This document shows positions 8,694 to 19,868 of a stretch of DNA of 64,000 bases, in pieces. Below the pieces are notes generated by a model. It worked only from the letters and a program-made list of their open reading frames with translations. It made no database searches and was not told the origin of the DNA. A program made the translations under genes and the position numbers. Source of the stretch: an uncultured Oscillospiraceae bacterium (GTDB taxonomy: Bacteria; Bacillota; Clostridia; Oscillospirales; Oscillospiraceae); NCBI GenBank assembly GCA_910585815.1, contig CAJUFJ010000003.1, positions 17,696 through 81,695 on the forward strand. Reading direction: 5' to 3'. Each line of letters begins with the position of its first letter. The first letter of the stretch is position 1.

Positions 8694-9572
8694 ATGGAAA
8701 ACCACTTTACAGATAGAATGGCCCGGGACCGGGCGCTGATTGAGGATTATCTGGCCCGCGCCTTTGCCCGGGAGGTCCGCCATGCCGATTTGCAGGAGGC
8801 CATGGAGTACTCCCTGCTGGCCGGAGGCAAGCGCATCCGGCCCATCCTCACCCTGGAGACCTGCCGCCTGTGCGGCGGAGAGGCGGAGGCGGCTCTGCCC
8901 TTTGCCTGTGCGGTGGAGATGATTCATACCTATTCACTCATTCACGACGACCTGCCCGCCATGGACAACGACGACCTGCGCCGCGGCCGGCCCACCAGCC
9001 ACATCGTCTACGGGGAGGCCACCGCCATCCTGGCAGGGGACGCCCTCCTCACCGCCGCCTTTGGCCAGCTGACCCGGGCCAGCTTGCCCGCTGACCGGAT
9101 TGTTGCGGCGGTGGAATGTCTGTCCCATGCCGCTGGCTCGGTCGGCATGGTGGGAGGGCAGGCGCTGGACATGGCCGGAGAGGGCCGCGGCCTGGACCGC
9201 GGGGAGCTGGAGCTACTCCAGAGCCTGAAAACAGGTGCTCTCATCTCCGCCGCCGCCGAGTTGGGCTGTATCGCCGCCGGAGGGACCCAGGAGCAGCGGA
9301 CCCAGGTGTGGGCCTACGCCCAGGCCCTGGGCCGGGCCTTCCAGGTCCGGGATGACATGCTGGATGTCACCAGCTCCCAGGAGGAGCTGGGCAAGCCGGT
9401 GGGCTCCGACCAGGTGAATGAAAAAACCACCTTTGTCACCGTTCTGGGCCTGGAGGGCTGTGCAGCCCTGGTGGACCAGCTGACCCGGCAGGGGGTTGAG
9501 GCCCTCAGCGGGTTCGACGCCCCCGATTTCCACATCTGGCTGGCCCAATCCCTGGCCCAGCGGACTAAATAA
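8694..9572 (+). CDS. ispA: polyprenyl (farnesyl/geranylgeranyl) diphosphate synthase
   Basis: Two aspartate-rich motifs, LIHDDLPAMDND and FQVRDDMLD. Confidence 0.9.
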   Translation: MENHFTDRMARDRALIEDYLARAFAREVRHADLQEAMEYSLLAGGKRIRPILTLETCRLCGGEAEAALPFACAVEMIHTYSLIHDDLPAMDNDDLRRGRPTSHIVYGEATAILAGDALLTAAFGQLTRASLPADRIVAAVECLSHAAGSVGMVGGQALDMAGEGRGLDRGELELLQSLKTGALISAAAELGCIAAGGTQEQRTQVWAYAQALGRAFQVRDDMLDVTSSQEELGKPVGSDQVNEKTTFVTVLGLEGCAALVDQLTRQGVEALSGFDAPDFHIWLAQSLAQRTK

Positions 9573-9596
9573 CCCAATTGGGGGAGGAATCGCGCC

Positions 9597-11459
9597 TTGA
9601 CCGTACCCACAGTAAAAACACAATACAAGCCTGTCCTTTCCGATTTGACCGACCCGCAGGGGGAGGAGCTGTGCGCCCGGCTGCGCCGGGAGCTGGTGGA
9701 GGATGTGTCCAGGACCGGCGGCCATCTGGCCTCCAACCTGGGGGCGGTGGAGCTGACAGTGGCCCTCCACCGGGTGTTCGACACCTCGGTGGACCGGCTG
9801 GTCTTCGACGTGGGGCACCAGTGCTACGCCCACAAGCTCCTCACCGGGCGGACGCTGTCCACCCTGCGGCAGTATGGAGGGGTCGCTGGCTTCCCCAAGC
9901 CCGTCGAGAGCCCTCACGACGCCTTTATCGCCGGCCACGCCTCCAATTCGGTGGCGGTGGCCCTGGGCATGGCCCGGGCCCGGATCATGCTGGGGGAGGA
10001 CTATAAGGTGATCGCCCTTATTGGCGACGGCGCCCTCACCGGCGGCCTGGCCTATGAAGGGCTGTCCAACGCGGGGGAGTGCGGCCGGCAGATTCTGGTC
10101 ATTCTCAACGACAACGGCATGTCCATCACCCCCAACGTGGGCGGGGTGGCCGAACATCTGGCCAAACAGCGATTAAAGCCCCAGTACCTCACCTTTAAAA
10201 AGCACTACCGCCGTATCATGAACGCCACCGCCCCGGGCCGGGCGGTGTATCGGGTGACCCATCAGGTCAAGCAGGCGCTGAAGCAGTCCCTTCTGCCGTG
10301 CAGCATGTTTGAAAATATGGGGTTCCGCTACCTGGGCCCGGTGGACGGCCACAACCTGCCCTTTCTGACCAAAATTCTGCGGTACGCCAAGGATATCGAC
10401 GAGCCGGTGCTGCTCCACATCAAGACTGTAAAGGGGAAAGGCTTTCCGCCTGCTGAGGCGAATCCCGACGCCTTCCATGGCGTCCCCCCCTTTGATCCCC
10501 TTACCGGAAAGCTGAAGCGGGAGCCGGGAGAGAATTTTTCCGCCGTCTTTGGCCGTACCCTTGCCAGGCTGGCGGGGCAGGACCGGCGGGTGTGTGCCAT
10601 CACCGCCGCCATGACCGGGGGAACCGGTCTGGAGAAGTTCGCCCAGCGGTTCCCTGACCGCTTTTTTGACGTGGGCATTGCGGAGGGCTGCGCCGCCGCA
10701 ATGGCCGCCGGCATGGCCAAGCAGGGGGCGATCCCCGTCTTTGCGGTGTACTCCACCTTTTTGCAACGGGCCTATGACATGCTCCTCCACGATGTGGCCA
10801 TTGACAACCTCCATGTGGTGCTGGGGGTGGACCGGGCCGGTCTGGTGGGAGACGACGGTGAGACCCATCACGGCATCTTCGACACGGCCTATCTGGACTC
10901 CGTGCCCAATATGACCGTGCTGGCTCCGGCCAGCTTTGCCGAACTGGAGGTCATGCTGGAGCGTGCACTTTTCCGCCTGGAGGGCCCGGTGGCGGTGCGC
11001 TACCCCCGCGGCGGCGAGGGCCGGTATGTGGGCACCGCCGGAGAGGAGCCGGCAGCCGTCCTGCGCTCGGGAGACGACATTACCCTGGCCTCCTACGGCA
11101 CGGAAATCAACGAAGTTCTGGAGGCCGCTGACCTTCTGGAGCAGCAGGGCATCCGGACCGAGGTTGTAAAGCTGAACCAGCTTACGCCCCTTGTCCCGGA
11201 GGTGATAGAGCAGTCTGTCCGCAAGACAGGGACCCTCCTGTTCGCGGAGGAGCAGGGAGCCCGGGGCAGTGTGGGCCAGCGGCTGGCCGCCCGGCTGGAG
11301 GTGGCCGGTCTGCCCGCCCGGGTGGCCCTGGTCAACTGCGGCGACGGCTTTGTGCCCCACGGGGCGGCGGCCCTGCTGAAACGGGACCTGTCCCTGGACG
11401 GGGCGGGGCTCTGCAAAAAAGCGATGGAGGTGTTGGGCCGTGGCCAAACGGAGACTTGA
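9597..11459 (+). CDS. dxs: 1-deoxy-D-xylulose-5-phosphate synthase
   Basis: GGHLASNLG, GDGALTGG and transketolase-like domains. TTG start lies 9 nt after GGGAGGAA. Confidence 0.95.
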   Translation: MTVPTVKTQYKPVLSDLTDPQGEELCARLRRELVEDVSRTGGHLASNLGAVELTVALHRVFDTSVDRLVFDVGHQCYAHKLLTGRTLSTLRQYGGVAGFPKPVESPHDAFIAGHASNSVAVALGMARARIMLGEDYKVIALIGDGALTGGLAYEGLSNAGECGRQILVILNDNGMSITPNVGGVAEHLAKQRLKPQYLTFKKHYRRIMNATAPGRAVYRVTHQVKQALKQSLLPCSMFENMGFRYLGPVDGHNLPFLTKILRYAKDIDEPVLLHIKTVKGKGFPPAEANPDAFHGVPPFDPLTGKLKREPGENFSAVFGRTLARLAGQDRRVCAITAAMTGGTGLEKFAQRFPDRFFDVGIAEGCAAAMAAGMAKQGAIPVFAVYSTFLQRAYDMLLHDVAIDNLHVVLGVDRAGLVGDDGETHHGIFDTAYLDSVPNMTVLAPASFAELEVMLERALFRLEGPVAVRYPRGGEGRYVGTAGEEPAAVLRSGDDITLASYGTEINEVLEAADLLEQQGIRTEVVKLNQLTPLVPEVIEQSVRKTGTLLFAEEQGARGSVGQRLAARLEVAGLPARVALVNCGDGFVPHGAAALLKRDLSLDGAGLCKKAMEVLGRGQTET

Positions 11460-12252
11460 CGTTGCCATTACGGAGCTGGGGCTGGCGGAGAGCCGCCAGA
11501 AGGCCCAGGCCCTCATCATGGCCGGGGAGGTCTATGTTAACGGCCAGAAGCAGCTGAAGGCAGGGGCCAGCCTGGGGGAGGACGACGCCGTTGAGGTGCG
11601 GACCAAGCACCCGCTGCGCTATGTGAGCCGGGGCGGCTTGAAGCTGGAAAAGGCCATGTCCCTGTGGCCCATCAACCTCCAGGACAAAATCTGTGCCGAT
11701 ATCGGTGCCTCCACCGGCGGCTTCACCGACTGTATGCTTCAAAACGGGGCGAAGCTGGTGTATGCGGTGGACGTGGGCTACAATCAGCTGGACTGGAAGC
11801 TGCGCACCCACCCTCAGGTGGTGTGCATGGAGCGCACCAACGCCCGGTATCTCACCGCAGAACACATCCCGGAGCCCCTGGACTTTTTCTCCGTGGATGT
11901 CTCCTTTATTTCCCTGAACCTGATTCTGCCTGCCCTGCGTCCGCTGATGGGAGAGGGAGGGCAGGCGGTCTGCCTGGTAAAGCCCCAGTTTGAGGCCGGG
12001 AAGGACAAGGTGGGCAAGAAGGGGGTAGTCCGGGACCCGGCCGTCCATCTGGAGGTGCTGGAGCACTTTCTGGGGCATGCCGCCTCTGCCGGATTCGCTG
12101 TAAAGGACATTACCTTTTCACCAATCAAGGGCCCGGAGGGCAACATTGAGTATCTGGGCTATCTCCAGGCCGGAATGGGTCCCGCCTATGAGGGGGACCT
12201 GAAAGCTCTGGTAGAGCAGTCCCACAGTATCTGGAAGGAGGAGGGGCCGTGA
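11440..12252 (+). CDS. tlyA: TlyA-family rRNA 2'-O-methyltransferase
   Basis: S4-like N-terminus followed by the FtsJ-type DIGASTGGFTD motif. GTG start overlaps the dxs end. Confidence 0.9.
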   Translation: MAKRRLDVAITELGLAESRQKAQALIMAGEVYVNGQKQLKAGASLGEDDAVEVRTKHPLRYVSRGGLKLEKAMSLWPINLQDKICADIGASTGGFTDCMLQNGAKLVYAVDVGYNQLDWKLRTHPQVVCMERTNARYLTAEHIPEPLDFFSVDVSFISLNLILPALRPLMGEGGQAVCLVKPQFEAGKDKVGKKGVVRDPAVHLEVLEHFLGHAASAGFAVKDITFSPIKGPEGNIEYLGYLQAGMGPAYEGDLKALVEQSHSIWKEEGP

Positions 12253-13121
12253 AAATTGTACTCAGCTCCAACCCCTACCGGGACAAGGGGCTGCGGGTGG
12301 CGCTGGAGGCCAGACGGGTGCTGGAGCACGCCGGAGCCAAAACCGTGATGTGCCTGCCCTTTCAGCCCAAAAAAGGGGACAGGCTGGATCTGCCCCGGCA
12401 GCTGGCCCTCTCCCTGCTGGACAAGGAGCTTCCCACCGCCGACCTGCTTATCTGCTTCGGCGGGGATGGCACCATCCTCCACGCCGCTCGGGATGCCACC
12501 CTCCACGGAGTGCCCATTTTAGGCGTCAATCTGGGCAGTGTGGGCTTTATGGCGGAGCTGGAGCGCAGCGAGCTGCCCCTGCTGGCCCCTCTGGCCCACG
12601 GCATGTACACCATAGAGGAGCGGATGATGCTGGATGTGAAGGTGCTGCGGGGGGACAGGCTTATCAGTCAGGACACCGCACTCAACGACGCGGTCATTTC
12701 CAAGGGCTCCATGGCCCGGGTGGCCGAGATGGAAGTGCTGGCAGACCGTGTAAAGGTAACTGCCATTACAGGAGATGGCGTCATTGTGGCCACCCCCACC
12801 GGCTCCACCGCCTACTCCATGTCGGCGGGAGGGCCCATTGTGGAGCCCACCTCCAAAAGCATCATTGTCACCCCGGTCTGCGCCCACCAGCTGGCGGCGC
12901 GGGCCATGGTGCTGGCTCCGGAGCGAGTGGTGACTGTTCAGCTTCCCAGAGGGAATAGAAAGTATTTATACTTGTCAGTAGATGGCGGAAAAGCGGTCCG
13001 CCTGACAGGGGGCGACCGGGTGGAGATCGGCTGCTCCAGGCGGGCTACGCAGCTGGTCCGCCTGGCCGACCGCAGCTTTTATCAGATCATCAACCAGAAA
13101 CTGGGGGGACTGAGCCAATGA
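12249..13121 (+). CDS. nadK: NAD kinase
   Basis: GGDGT motif (CFGGDGTILHAAR) and TPTGSTAYSMSAGGP. Confidence 0.92.
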   Translation: MKIVLSSNPYRDKGLRVALEARRVLEHAGAKTVMCLPFQPKKGDRLDLPRQLALSLLDKELPTADLLICFGGDGTILHAARDATLHGVPILGVNLGSVGFMAELERSELPLLAPLAHGMYTIEERMMLDVKVLRGDRLISQDTALNDAVISKGSMARVAEMEVLADRVKVTAITGDGVIVATPTGSTAYSMSAGGPIVEPTSKSIIVTPVCAHQLAARAMVLAPERVVTVQLPRGNRKYLYLSVDGGKAVRLTGGDRVEIGCSRRATQLVRLADRSFYQIINQKLGGLSQ

Positions 13122-13570
13122 AGAACGTCCGGCAGAGTGAGATCTTGAATATCGTGCGGACCCGGGACATCGACACCCAGGAGCAGCTGCTGGAGGAGCT
13201 GCGGGCCCGGGGCTTTACCACCACCCAGGCCACCATTTCCCGGGATATCAAGGAGCTGCGGCTGGTGAAGGAGCTCACCGGCTCCGGCGGCTACCGGTAC
13301 GCTCTGTCGGAGCGAAAAACGGCCTCCACCTCCGACACCCGCCTGCGCAATATCTTTAAGGAGGGGGTCATCTCGGTGGATGTAGCCCAGAACATTGTGG
13401 TGGTGCGCACCATGCCCGGCCTGGCCTCCGCCGCCTGCTCCGCCCTGGACAACATGGAAATCGAAGGGGTGGTCGGAACGCTGGCCGGCGACGACACCGG
13501 CATCCTTATCATGCGGGACAACGCTCTGGCCCAGCAGTTCAGCAGTGAGGTCCACAAGCTGTTAAAATAG
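13118..13570 (+). CDS. argR: arginine repressor
   Basis: RQSEILNIVRTRDIDTQEQLL, ATISRDIKEL and GTLAGDDT motifs. Confidence 0.92.
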   Translation: MKNVRQSEILNIVRTRDIDTQEQLLEELRARGFTTTQATISRDIKELRLVKELTGSGGYRYALSERKTASTSDTRLRNIFKEGVISVDVAQNIVVVRTMPGLASAACSALDNMEIEGVVGTLAGDDTGILIMRDNALAQQFSSEVHKLLK

Positions 13571-13592
13571 AGAGAACAGGAGGGGAGGCGCT

Positions 13593-15284
13593 ATGCTCTC
13601 CTTGCTACACATCGAAAATATTGCCATTATCGAATCGGCTGATATCAGCTTTGACCGCGGTTTCAACGTGCTCACCGGTGAGACGGGCGCGGGCAAATCC
13701 ATTGTCATCGACGCCATCAGTGCTGTCCTGGGGGAGCGGACCAGCCGGGAGCTGATCCGCACCGGGGCCAAATCGGCGCTGGTGAACGCGGTGTTTACCG
13801 GCTCGCTGCCCCTGAAGTGGCTGGAGGACAACGGGTTCCCCATGGAGGGGGAGGAGCTGATGCTCCAGCGGGAAATTCAGGGGGACGGCCGCAACGCCTG
13901 CCGGGTAAACGGCCGGCCGCTGACGGTGGCCCAGCTCCGGGAGCTGGGGCGGCAGATGCTGAACATCCACGGCCAGCACGACGGCCAGCAGCTGCTGGAC
14001 CCGGACTGCCACCTGGGCTATCTGGACAGCTTCGGCAAGACGGCCCCTCTGCTGGAGGACTACCAGACTGCCTACCGCTCTATGGCGGAGCTGCGCAAAC
14101 AGATTACCGCCCTGGAGATGGACGAGGCGGAGCGGTCCCGCCGGGTGGACACGCTGGAGTATCAGATCAAGGAGCTGGAGCGGGCCGAGCTGCGTCCCGG
14201 CGAGGATGAGGAGCTGGACGCCCGAAAACAGCTGCTGCGCAGCTCCGGCAAGCTGATGGAGGCCATTCAGGAGGCCATCTATGCGCTGTCCGGCGGCGAG
14301 GACGGCCAAGGGGCCTGCGACCTTATCAGCGAGGCGGAGGGCGCCATCCGCTCGGTCACCCGGCTGGGTCCCCAGCTGGAGGAGCTGGGGGAGAAGCTCA
14401 CCAGCCTGCGCTACGCTGCCGACGATGCGGCAGAGACCGTCCGGGACTTTGCCGACGAGTTTGATTTCTCACCGGAGGAGCTGGACCAGCTGGAGAGCCG
14501 GCTGGACGTGATCTACCGCCTGAAAAAGAAATACGGCCCCACCGTGGCCGACATGCTGGACTATCTGGAGAAATGCAAGGCAGAGCTGGAGCAAATCCAG
14601 GACGCCGACGACACCATCCAGAAGCTGGAAAAGGAGCTGGACAAGGCCCGAAAAGAGGCCCGGAAGCGGGGGGAGGCCCTGTCCAAGGCCCGGAAAAAGG
14701 CGGCGGACAGCCTTCAGAAGCGGGTGCAGGAGGAGCTGCGTCAGCTGGACATGCCCAAGGTGCAGTTTGTGGCCGAATTTGCCCCCAGTCCCGGCCAGGA
14801 CGGAATGGACGACACTGGCATGGACCAGGTGCAGTTCCTCATGTCCGCCAACCTGGGGGAGGCGCTGAAGCCCATCCAGAAGGTGGCCTCCGGCGGTGAG
14901 CTGGCCCGGATCATGCTGGCCCTGAAAAACGTGCTGGCTGAGGACGACGGCATCGGCAGCCTGGTCTTCGACGAGGTGGACACCGGCGTGTCCGGCCGGG
15001 CGGCCCAGAAGGTGGCCGAGAAGATGGCCGACGTGGCCCGGCGCAAGCAGGTGCTGTGCGTCACCCATCTGCCCCAGATCGCCGCTATGGCAGACACCCA
15101 CTTCTCGGTGGAGAAGGGGGAGAAGAAGGGCCGCACCTTCACCAATGTGGAGCGGCTGGAGCAGGAGGGGCGGGTAGACGAGCTGGCCCGTCTCATCGGC
15201 GGGGCCGCTGTCACCGACTCCCTGCGTGCCAGCGCCTCCGAGCTGCTGGCTCAGGCGGAGGCCTACCGGAGTCAGAAAAAATAA
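13593..15284 (+). CDS. recN: DNA repair protein RecN
   Basis: Walker A GETGAGKS, long coiled coil, and SGGELARIMLAL signature. Confidence 0.95.
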   Translation: MLSLLHIENIAIIESADISFDRGFNVLTGETGAGKSIVIDAISAVLGERTSRELIRTGAKSALVNAVFTGSLPLKWLEDNGFPMEGEELMLQREIQGDGRNACRVNGRPLTVAQLRELGRQMLNIHGQHDGQQLLDPDCHLGYLDSFGKTAPLLEDYQTAYRSMAELRKQITALEMDEAERSRRVDTLEYQIKELERAELRPGEDEELDARKQLLRSSGKLMEAIQEAIYALSGGEDGQGACDLISEAEGAIRSVTRLGPQLEELGEKLTSLRYAADDAAETVRDFADEFDFSPEELDQLESRLDVIYRLKKKYGPTVADMLDYLEKCKAELEQIQDADDTIQKLEKELDKARKEARKRGEALSKARKKAADSLQKRVQEELRQLDMPKVQFVAEFAPSPGQDGMDDTGMDQVQFLMSANLGEALKPIQKVASGGELARIMLALKNVLAEDDGIGSLVFDEVDTGVSGRAAQKVAEKMADVARRKQVLCVTHLPQIAAMADTHFSVEKGEKKGRTFTNVERLEQEGRVDELARLIGGAAVTDSLRASASELLAQAEAYRSQKK

Positions 15285-15297
15285 AGGAGAGGGACAT

Positions 15298-15789
15298 ATG
15301 TTTCGTGCGATGCGCAGAAAAAAACAGCTGCTGTCCTTGGAGGAGACTACAGCCGTGCTGAACAGGGGAACCTCCGGGGTGCTGGCCCTGTCGGGAGACG
15401 GGGGCTATCCCTATGCCGTCCCCATCAGCTACGTGTACGATGGGGAAAAGCTCTATTTTCACTGTGCAAAAAGCGGTCACAAGCTGGATGCCATCCGAAG
15501 AAATGAGAAGGCATCCTTCTGTGTAATTGACCAGAACCAGATCGTCCCGGAGGAGTACACCACCTATTTTCGCAGTGTCATTGCCTTCGGGCGTATCCGT
15601 ATTCTGGAGGATGAAACGGAGAAGCGGGCAGCTATTGAGAAGCTGGCCCTCAAATATACCCCGGACGGCACGGCTGAGGACAGGGAGGCGGCTATTCGGC
15701 GGGAGTGGGAACCGATGTGCATGCTGGAAATGGAAATTGACCATATCACTGGCAAGGAGGCCATTGAGCTGGTCCGGGGCCGGAACTAG
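15298..15789 (+). CDS. pyridoxamine 5'-phosphate oxidase family protein, Nim (5-nitroimidazole reductase)-like
   Basis: MFRAMRRKKQ...GTSGVLAL.GDGGYPYAVP...YFHCAKSGHK resembles Nim proteins as I recall them. The ATG at 15298 follows an AAGGAGAG RBS. Confidence 0.8.
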   Translation: MFRAMRRKKQLLSLEETTAVLNRGTSGVLALSGDGGYPYAVPISYVYDGEKLYFHCAKSGHKLDAIRRNEKASFCVIDQNQIVPEEYTTYFRSVIAFGRIRILEDETEKRAAIEKLALKYTPDGTAEDREAAIRREWEPMCMLEMEIDHITGKEAIELVRGRN

Positions 15790-15797
15790 AACAAAAT

Positions 15798-15828
15798 ACA
15801 GGGCGCACAGCAAAGCTGTGCGCCCTGT
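15798..15828. terminator. bidirectional terminator hairpin
   Basis: ACAGGGCGCACAGC-AAA-GCTGTGCGCCCTGT lies between two convergent genes. Confidence 0.65.
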
Positions 15829-15839
15829 TTCGTTTCGTG

Positions 15840-17279
15840 TCAGGTGGGGATGGTGAAGAAGCTCTGGAGCTGGCCATAGAGGATGAAGGCCATACCCAGG
15901 GGGGCGATCGCGCAGATGCAGACAACGAAGAAGGAGTACAGGCCCTTGCTCATCTTATGGCCCTCCTGCTCCACCTCATTCCGGATCAGCTTGGGACGGA
16001 CGAGCCAGCCAATCACAATGGACATAAGCAGAGCGCCCAAAGGCATAGCCACGCCCTCAGAGATAAAGTCCATAAAGTCCAGCCAGGAGGCGCCCAGGTT
16101 ACGGCCGGTCTCGTTGAAGGGAATCCACAGGCCGTTGGCGCCCAGGCCGTCGGCGGCCACCAGGGCGGCCTCGGCAAAGACGACCAGGCAGACAATGGTA
16201 ACCAGCTTGGCCCGCTTGGGGGTATGGCCCTTCAAGGCAACACGGTCAGACAGGAAGGTGACCAGCACCTCCAGCAGAGCGATGGCAGAGGTAATGGCTG
16301 CCAGGATGACCAGCAGATAGAACAACACACCAAACAGGGGGCCGGTGGGACCCATGGCGTTGAACACGTCCTGAAGGGTGATGAACAGCAGGGCGGGGCC
16401 CGCCTTGGCGGAGTCGGGGCCGCCAAGGGCAAAGGCGGCGGGCAGAACGGCCATACCGGCCATAACCGCCACAATGGTGTCAGAGATAATGATAATCAGG
16501 GAGTTTTTTACCAGGCTCTCCTTCTTGCTCAGGTAGGAGCCGTAGGTGACGGTGATGCCCATGGCCAGGGACAGGGAGAAGAACATCTGCCCGCCGGCGG
16601 CAGAGAGCACGCCGAGGAAGCCCTTCAGGCTGGTGAGCGGGGTCAGGTCGGGGGCAAACATAAAGGACAGGCCCTCGCCGGCTCCAGGCAGGGTGACAGC
16701 CCGGGCAATCACGATAACCAGCATGATGAACAGGGCGGGCATACCGACTTTGTTAAACTTCTCGATGCCGTCCTTGATGCCGCCCCGGATGATAAGGAAG
16801 CAGATGAAGATAAAGATGAAGGTGAACGCCACAGCGCCAAACTGGTTGGAGCGCACAGCGGCAAAGGAGTCGCCGCCGGACATGCCGGCCGCAGCCGCTA
16901 CGCTAAAGGCCAGGTCGGCCATGTTCAGAGACATATACTCGATGCAGTAAGCGCCCAGCACGGTGTAGAAGCTGAGAATCAGGAAAGGGGAGAGCATGGC
17001 CAAAAAGCCCAGGAAGGTACCCATGGGACCGGCGGCCTGCTGATAGCTCACCAGAACGCTGCGGCCTGCCCGCCGACCGATAGCCAGCTCGCAGAGCATA
17101 ATGCTGAAGCCCACTGTGGCGGCCAGGATCAGATAGATAACCAAAAAGGCAAACCCGCCGTTGGCTCCCATTTTATAGGGAAAGCCCCAGATGTTGCCCA
17201 GGCCCACCGCGGAGCCCACGGCAGCCATGAGGAAGCCCAGGTTGCTGCCCCATTCTCCTCTGTGATGATGTTGTTCCAT
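15840..17279 (-). CDS. sodium-dependent transporter (SNF / neurotransmitter:sodium symporter family)
   Basis: N-terminus has W.S..GF.LAA.GSAVGLGN.W.FPY, with about 11-12 hydrophobic segments. Confidence 0.9.
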   Translation of the reverse strand: MEQHHHRGEWGSNLGFLMAAVGSAVGLGNIWGFPYKMGANGGFAFLVIYLILAATVGFSIMLCELAIGRRAGRSVLVSYQQAAGPMGTFLGFLAMLSPFLILSFYTVLGAYCIEYMSLNMADLAFSVAAAAGMSGGDSFAAVRSNQFGAVAFTFIFIFICFLIIRGGIKDGIEKFNKVGMPALFIMLVIVIARAVTLPGAGEGLSFMFAPDLTPLTSLKGFLGVLSAAGGQMFFSLSLAMGITVTYGSYLSKKESLVKNSLIIIISDTIVAVMAGMAVLPAAFALGGPDSAKAGPALLFITLQDVFNAMGPTGPLFGVLFYLLVILAAITSAIALLEVLVTFLSDRVALKGHTPKRAKLVTIVCLVVFAEAALVAADGLGANGLWIPFNETGRNLGASWLDFMDFISEGVAMPLGALLMSIVIGWLVRPKLIRNEVEQEGHKMSKGLYSFFVVCICAIAPLGMAFILYGQLQSFFTIPT

Positions 17280-17329
17280 AATTTCCTCCTGTTTACAATT
17301 TATTCACACTGAAATGCCAGTTAAACGCC

Positions 17330-17358
17330 ATTTTACCAGAATTATCCGTCCCCGTCAA
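17330..17358 (-). promoter_or_regulatory. sigma-A-like promoter for the SNF transporter
   Basis: On the minus strand: TTGACG, 17 nt, TAAAAT. Confidence 0.5.
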
Positions 17359-17440
17359 CGGTGAAAGTGATAAAATTGGGCGAAAAAAGCGGGGATTTGT
17401 GAGGAAAAAGCCGAGGAAGCGCATAAAAACCAAGTGACCA

Positions 17441-17468
17441 TTGCACTTTTTCCAGAGTTTAGTATAAT
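17441..17468 (+). promoter_or_regulatory. sigma-A-like promoter for malic enzyme
   Basis: TTGCAC, 16 nt, TATAAT. Confidence 0.5.
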
Positions 17469-17515
17469 AGAATCTGTGAAAACTATACTTATTTCAGCAG
17501 AAAGGGAGCGTTCAC

Positions 17516-18688
<1,173 letters not shown>

Positions 18689-18706
18689 TGGAAAGGGGAT
18701 ACGTCA

Positions 18707-19324
18707 ATGAAAGAGGGAACACACCTCACGCTGAAAGACGGGCGGGAAATCCTCTTGCAGGACGATGAGGACATTTTTCTGTCGGTTCGCTCCGGTCATG
18801 AGACACTTTCCTTCTATCCGTTTACTTGCCCGTCGGGAGGCTATGGCGGCGGGACGCTGCTGCTGTCGCCCTCGGAACAGTACCTGATTTTTTCCTTTTT
18901 CTCGGGACAATCGGAGGAGGGCTTCAGCCTGTTCCATATTGAGGACAGCCGCCTGGTCCCGCTGTTTGAGTCGGAGTACTTCTACGGCGAGGGGGCAAGC
19001 TACCTGTTCTCCGATGACGAGGGGGTCCTTTTTCAGTCATTGCTGGGCGGCTTCGGCCCCTGGTACGTCGAGGACGCCTATCAAGATGAGGAGGGCGCGC
19101 CTTATTTCCGGTATGGAGAAATCAATATCCTGGATGTGAAATCCAAATCCCTCAGCAGGCACAAATTTCATGTCTATCCGTCCGAAACCTGGGTGGAGGA
19201 GATAGACGGCCCCTCTGCTATCTCTAAAATCACGGGCGGCGATACGCTGCACATCGCAATGCCCTGGGGAGAGGAAACGCTGACGCTCCCTCTGGCGGAT
19301 ACCATTGTTTTTAGACCAGAGTAA
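18707..19324 (+). CDS. hypothetical protein
   Basis: 205-aa ORF in tight spacing after the malic enzyme gene. No family recognised. Confidence 0.6.
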   Translation: MKEGTHLTLKDGREILLQDDEDIFLSVRSGHETLSFYPFTCPSGGYGGGTLLLSPSEQYLIFSFFSGQSEEGFSLFHIEDSRLVPLFESEYFYGEGASYLFSDDEGVLFQSLLGGFGPWYVEDAYQDEEGAPYFRYGEINILDVKSKSLSRHKFHVYPSETWVEEIDGPSAISKITGGDTLHIAMPWGEETLTLPLADTIVFRPE

Positions 19325-19333
19325 GGAGGAATT

Positions 19334-19858
19334 ATGAGCGTATTTTTCTACGGCTGTATCACCCTGGACGGCTATCTGGCCGACAAAAACCACGGGCTGT
19401 CCTGGCTCCACGAGACGGGCAGCCCGGACGAGACGGACTGCGACCGCTTCTACCAGGGGATGGACGTTGCCATCATGGGCAGGCGGACCTTTGAGGAGAT
19501 CGCCCAACTGGAGGACGCCGCCAGTTTTTACCCCACCACGGAAAACTATGTCTTCACCCACGCCGACAGCCTGCCCCAGAAGGGGTTTATCCCGGTGAGG
19601 GGAGACGTCGCGGAGTTTGTGGCGGGGCTGGGACCGGATAAAAATATCTGGATCATCGGCGGAAACACCATCCTGGCTCCGTTGCTGGAGCGGGACATGG
19701 TGGACCATCTGATTGTCCAGGTCGCCCCCGTCTTGCTGGGGGAGGGGATACCGCTGTTTACCCAGAAGGAGGGACAGATGCGGTTCCATCTGGATGAGGT
19801 GAGACAGTACGGGCAGTTCGCGGAGTTGGTTTTCAGCCGAAGCGAACACGAAGTGTGA
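19334..19858 (+). CDS. dihydrofolate reductase family protein (RibD C-terminal-like)
   Basis: CITLDGYLAD, MGRRTFE and IIGG patterns. Confidence 0.8.
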   Translation: MSVFFYGCITLDGYLADKNHGLSWLHETGSPDETDCDRFYQGMDVAIMGRRTFEEIAQLEDAASFYPTTENYVFTHADSLPQKGFIPVRGDVAEFVAGLGPDKNIWIIGGNTILAPLLERDMVDHLIVQVAPVLLGEGIPLFTQKEGQMRFHLDEVRQYGQFAELVFSRSEHEV

Positions 19859-19868
19859 GGCGCCCCGG

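Noticed and set aside
15837-17312. A 491-aa plus-strand ORF that fully overlaps the SNF transporter gene.
   Set aside because: Its composition (G/Q/H/A/D-rich, no motifs) is typical of antisense frames in GC3-rich genes. The minus-strand product has clear SNF motifs and TM segments. The same reasoning applies to the other long antisense ORFs: 2626-3747, 10173-11519, 22118-23401, 28583-29680, 36236-37204, 48383-49738 and 49872-51089.
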